A DNA stretch of 64,000 nucleotides, from NCBI RefSeq assembly GCF_009914755.1, contig NC_060938.1; one strand, written 5' to 3'. Positions 59,620-64,000 of this stretch are shown in pieces; the first letter of the stretch is position 1, and every line of letters starts with the position of its first letter. Position numbers and translations under genes: made by a program. Origin of the DNA: the human T2T-CHM13v2.0 reference genome, Homo sapiens. The notes below the pieces were generated by a model. It did no database searches. It worked only from the letters and a program-made list of their open reading frames with translations, and had not been told where the DNA came from.

Positions 59620-60213
59620 ATATATCTTCTGTAAAGACATTAAAATCATAGTATATGTTAGCTGACAGTCTACAAATACAGAGTTTTATTTCAAATATTA
59701 TTGTTTATAAAGTATATTTTTCCTAAAATGCATTAAGCTTCTTCTGGATTATTTCATTCACAAATTAGGAAAGCAAAAGCAAAATCAAAATCAAAATCAA
59801 AAGATGTCATAATGTTTTAGAATACAGAATATAAACACATATTTCTACCAAGTCATCATGATAAAATTGAAATACTAAGTATACCACACAAATTTATTAT
59901 ACAATGATATTTTGTATTCTATTCCACAATAATATTTTGAACTGCATAGGTGGGAGGAGAGTTTTTTTAGAACTAGATATATAGAATTGACAGAACAGTC
60001 TCTGGAAAAACTTGCATAAGATGTTAAAGATTGGGTAGTTGAGGTCAGTGCATACAGAAGAAGATGTAGAAAGACAGCAGAATGGAAATGATAGACACAG
60101 TAAGCCTGAGAGACTTCTGAAAGCACTGTAATAGAGATAGTTACTTATAAGGGCTATGTTCAGAAAAAACAAGATAAAAATATGCAAAAAAAAAGTAGTA
60201 TGGCTTCAGCATC

Positions 60214-64000
<3,787 letters not shown>

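Overview
AT-rich, gene-poor primate DNA, human or another great ape judging by LTR12C, AluY and L1PA2-grade LINEs. I find no cellular protein-coding gene. Every long ORF is LINE-1 ORF2 remnant, and the short ORFs are repeat-derived or chance. About half the window is recognisable transposon debris: two young L1PA2-like copies in inverted orientation (45234-48285 +, 60214-end -), a near full-length old L1MA with nested insertions (about 39985-49790), a complete THE1 element, two solo LTR12 promoters with 4-bp TSDs, several MaLR/ERV LTRs, nine Alu segments, MIRs and DNA-transposon fossils. The most notable observations are: (1) the inverted L1 pair shares non-consensus variants, a possible gene-conversion or inversion substrate; (2) a TSD-flanked ~1 kb insertion that looks like a retrocopied 3'UTR; (3) a retroposed 5' half of tRNA-Cys ending at the anticodon; (4) an AluY with a 19-bp deletion balanced by a 19-bp duplication; (5) a head-to-head Alu fusion. 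I see no convincing new multi-gene system. Subfamily names come from remembered consensus sequences and need RepeatMasker/Dfam confirmation.
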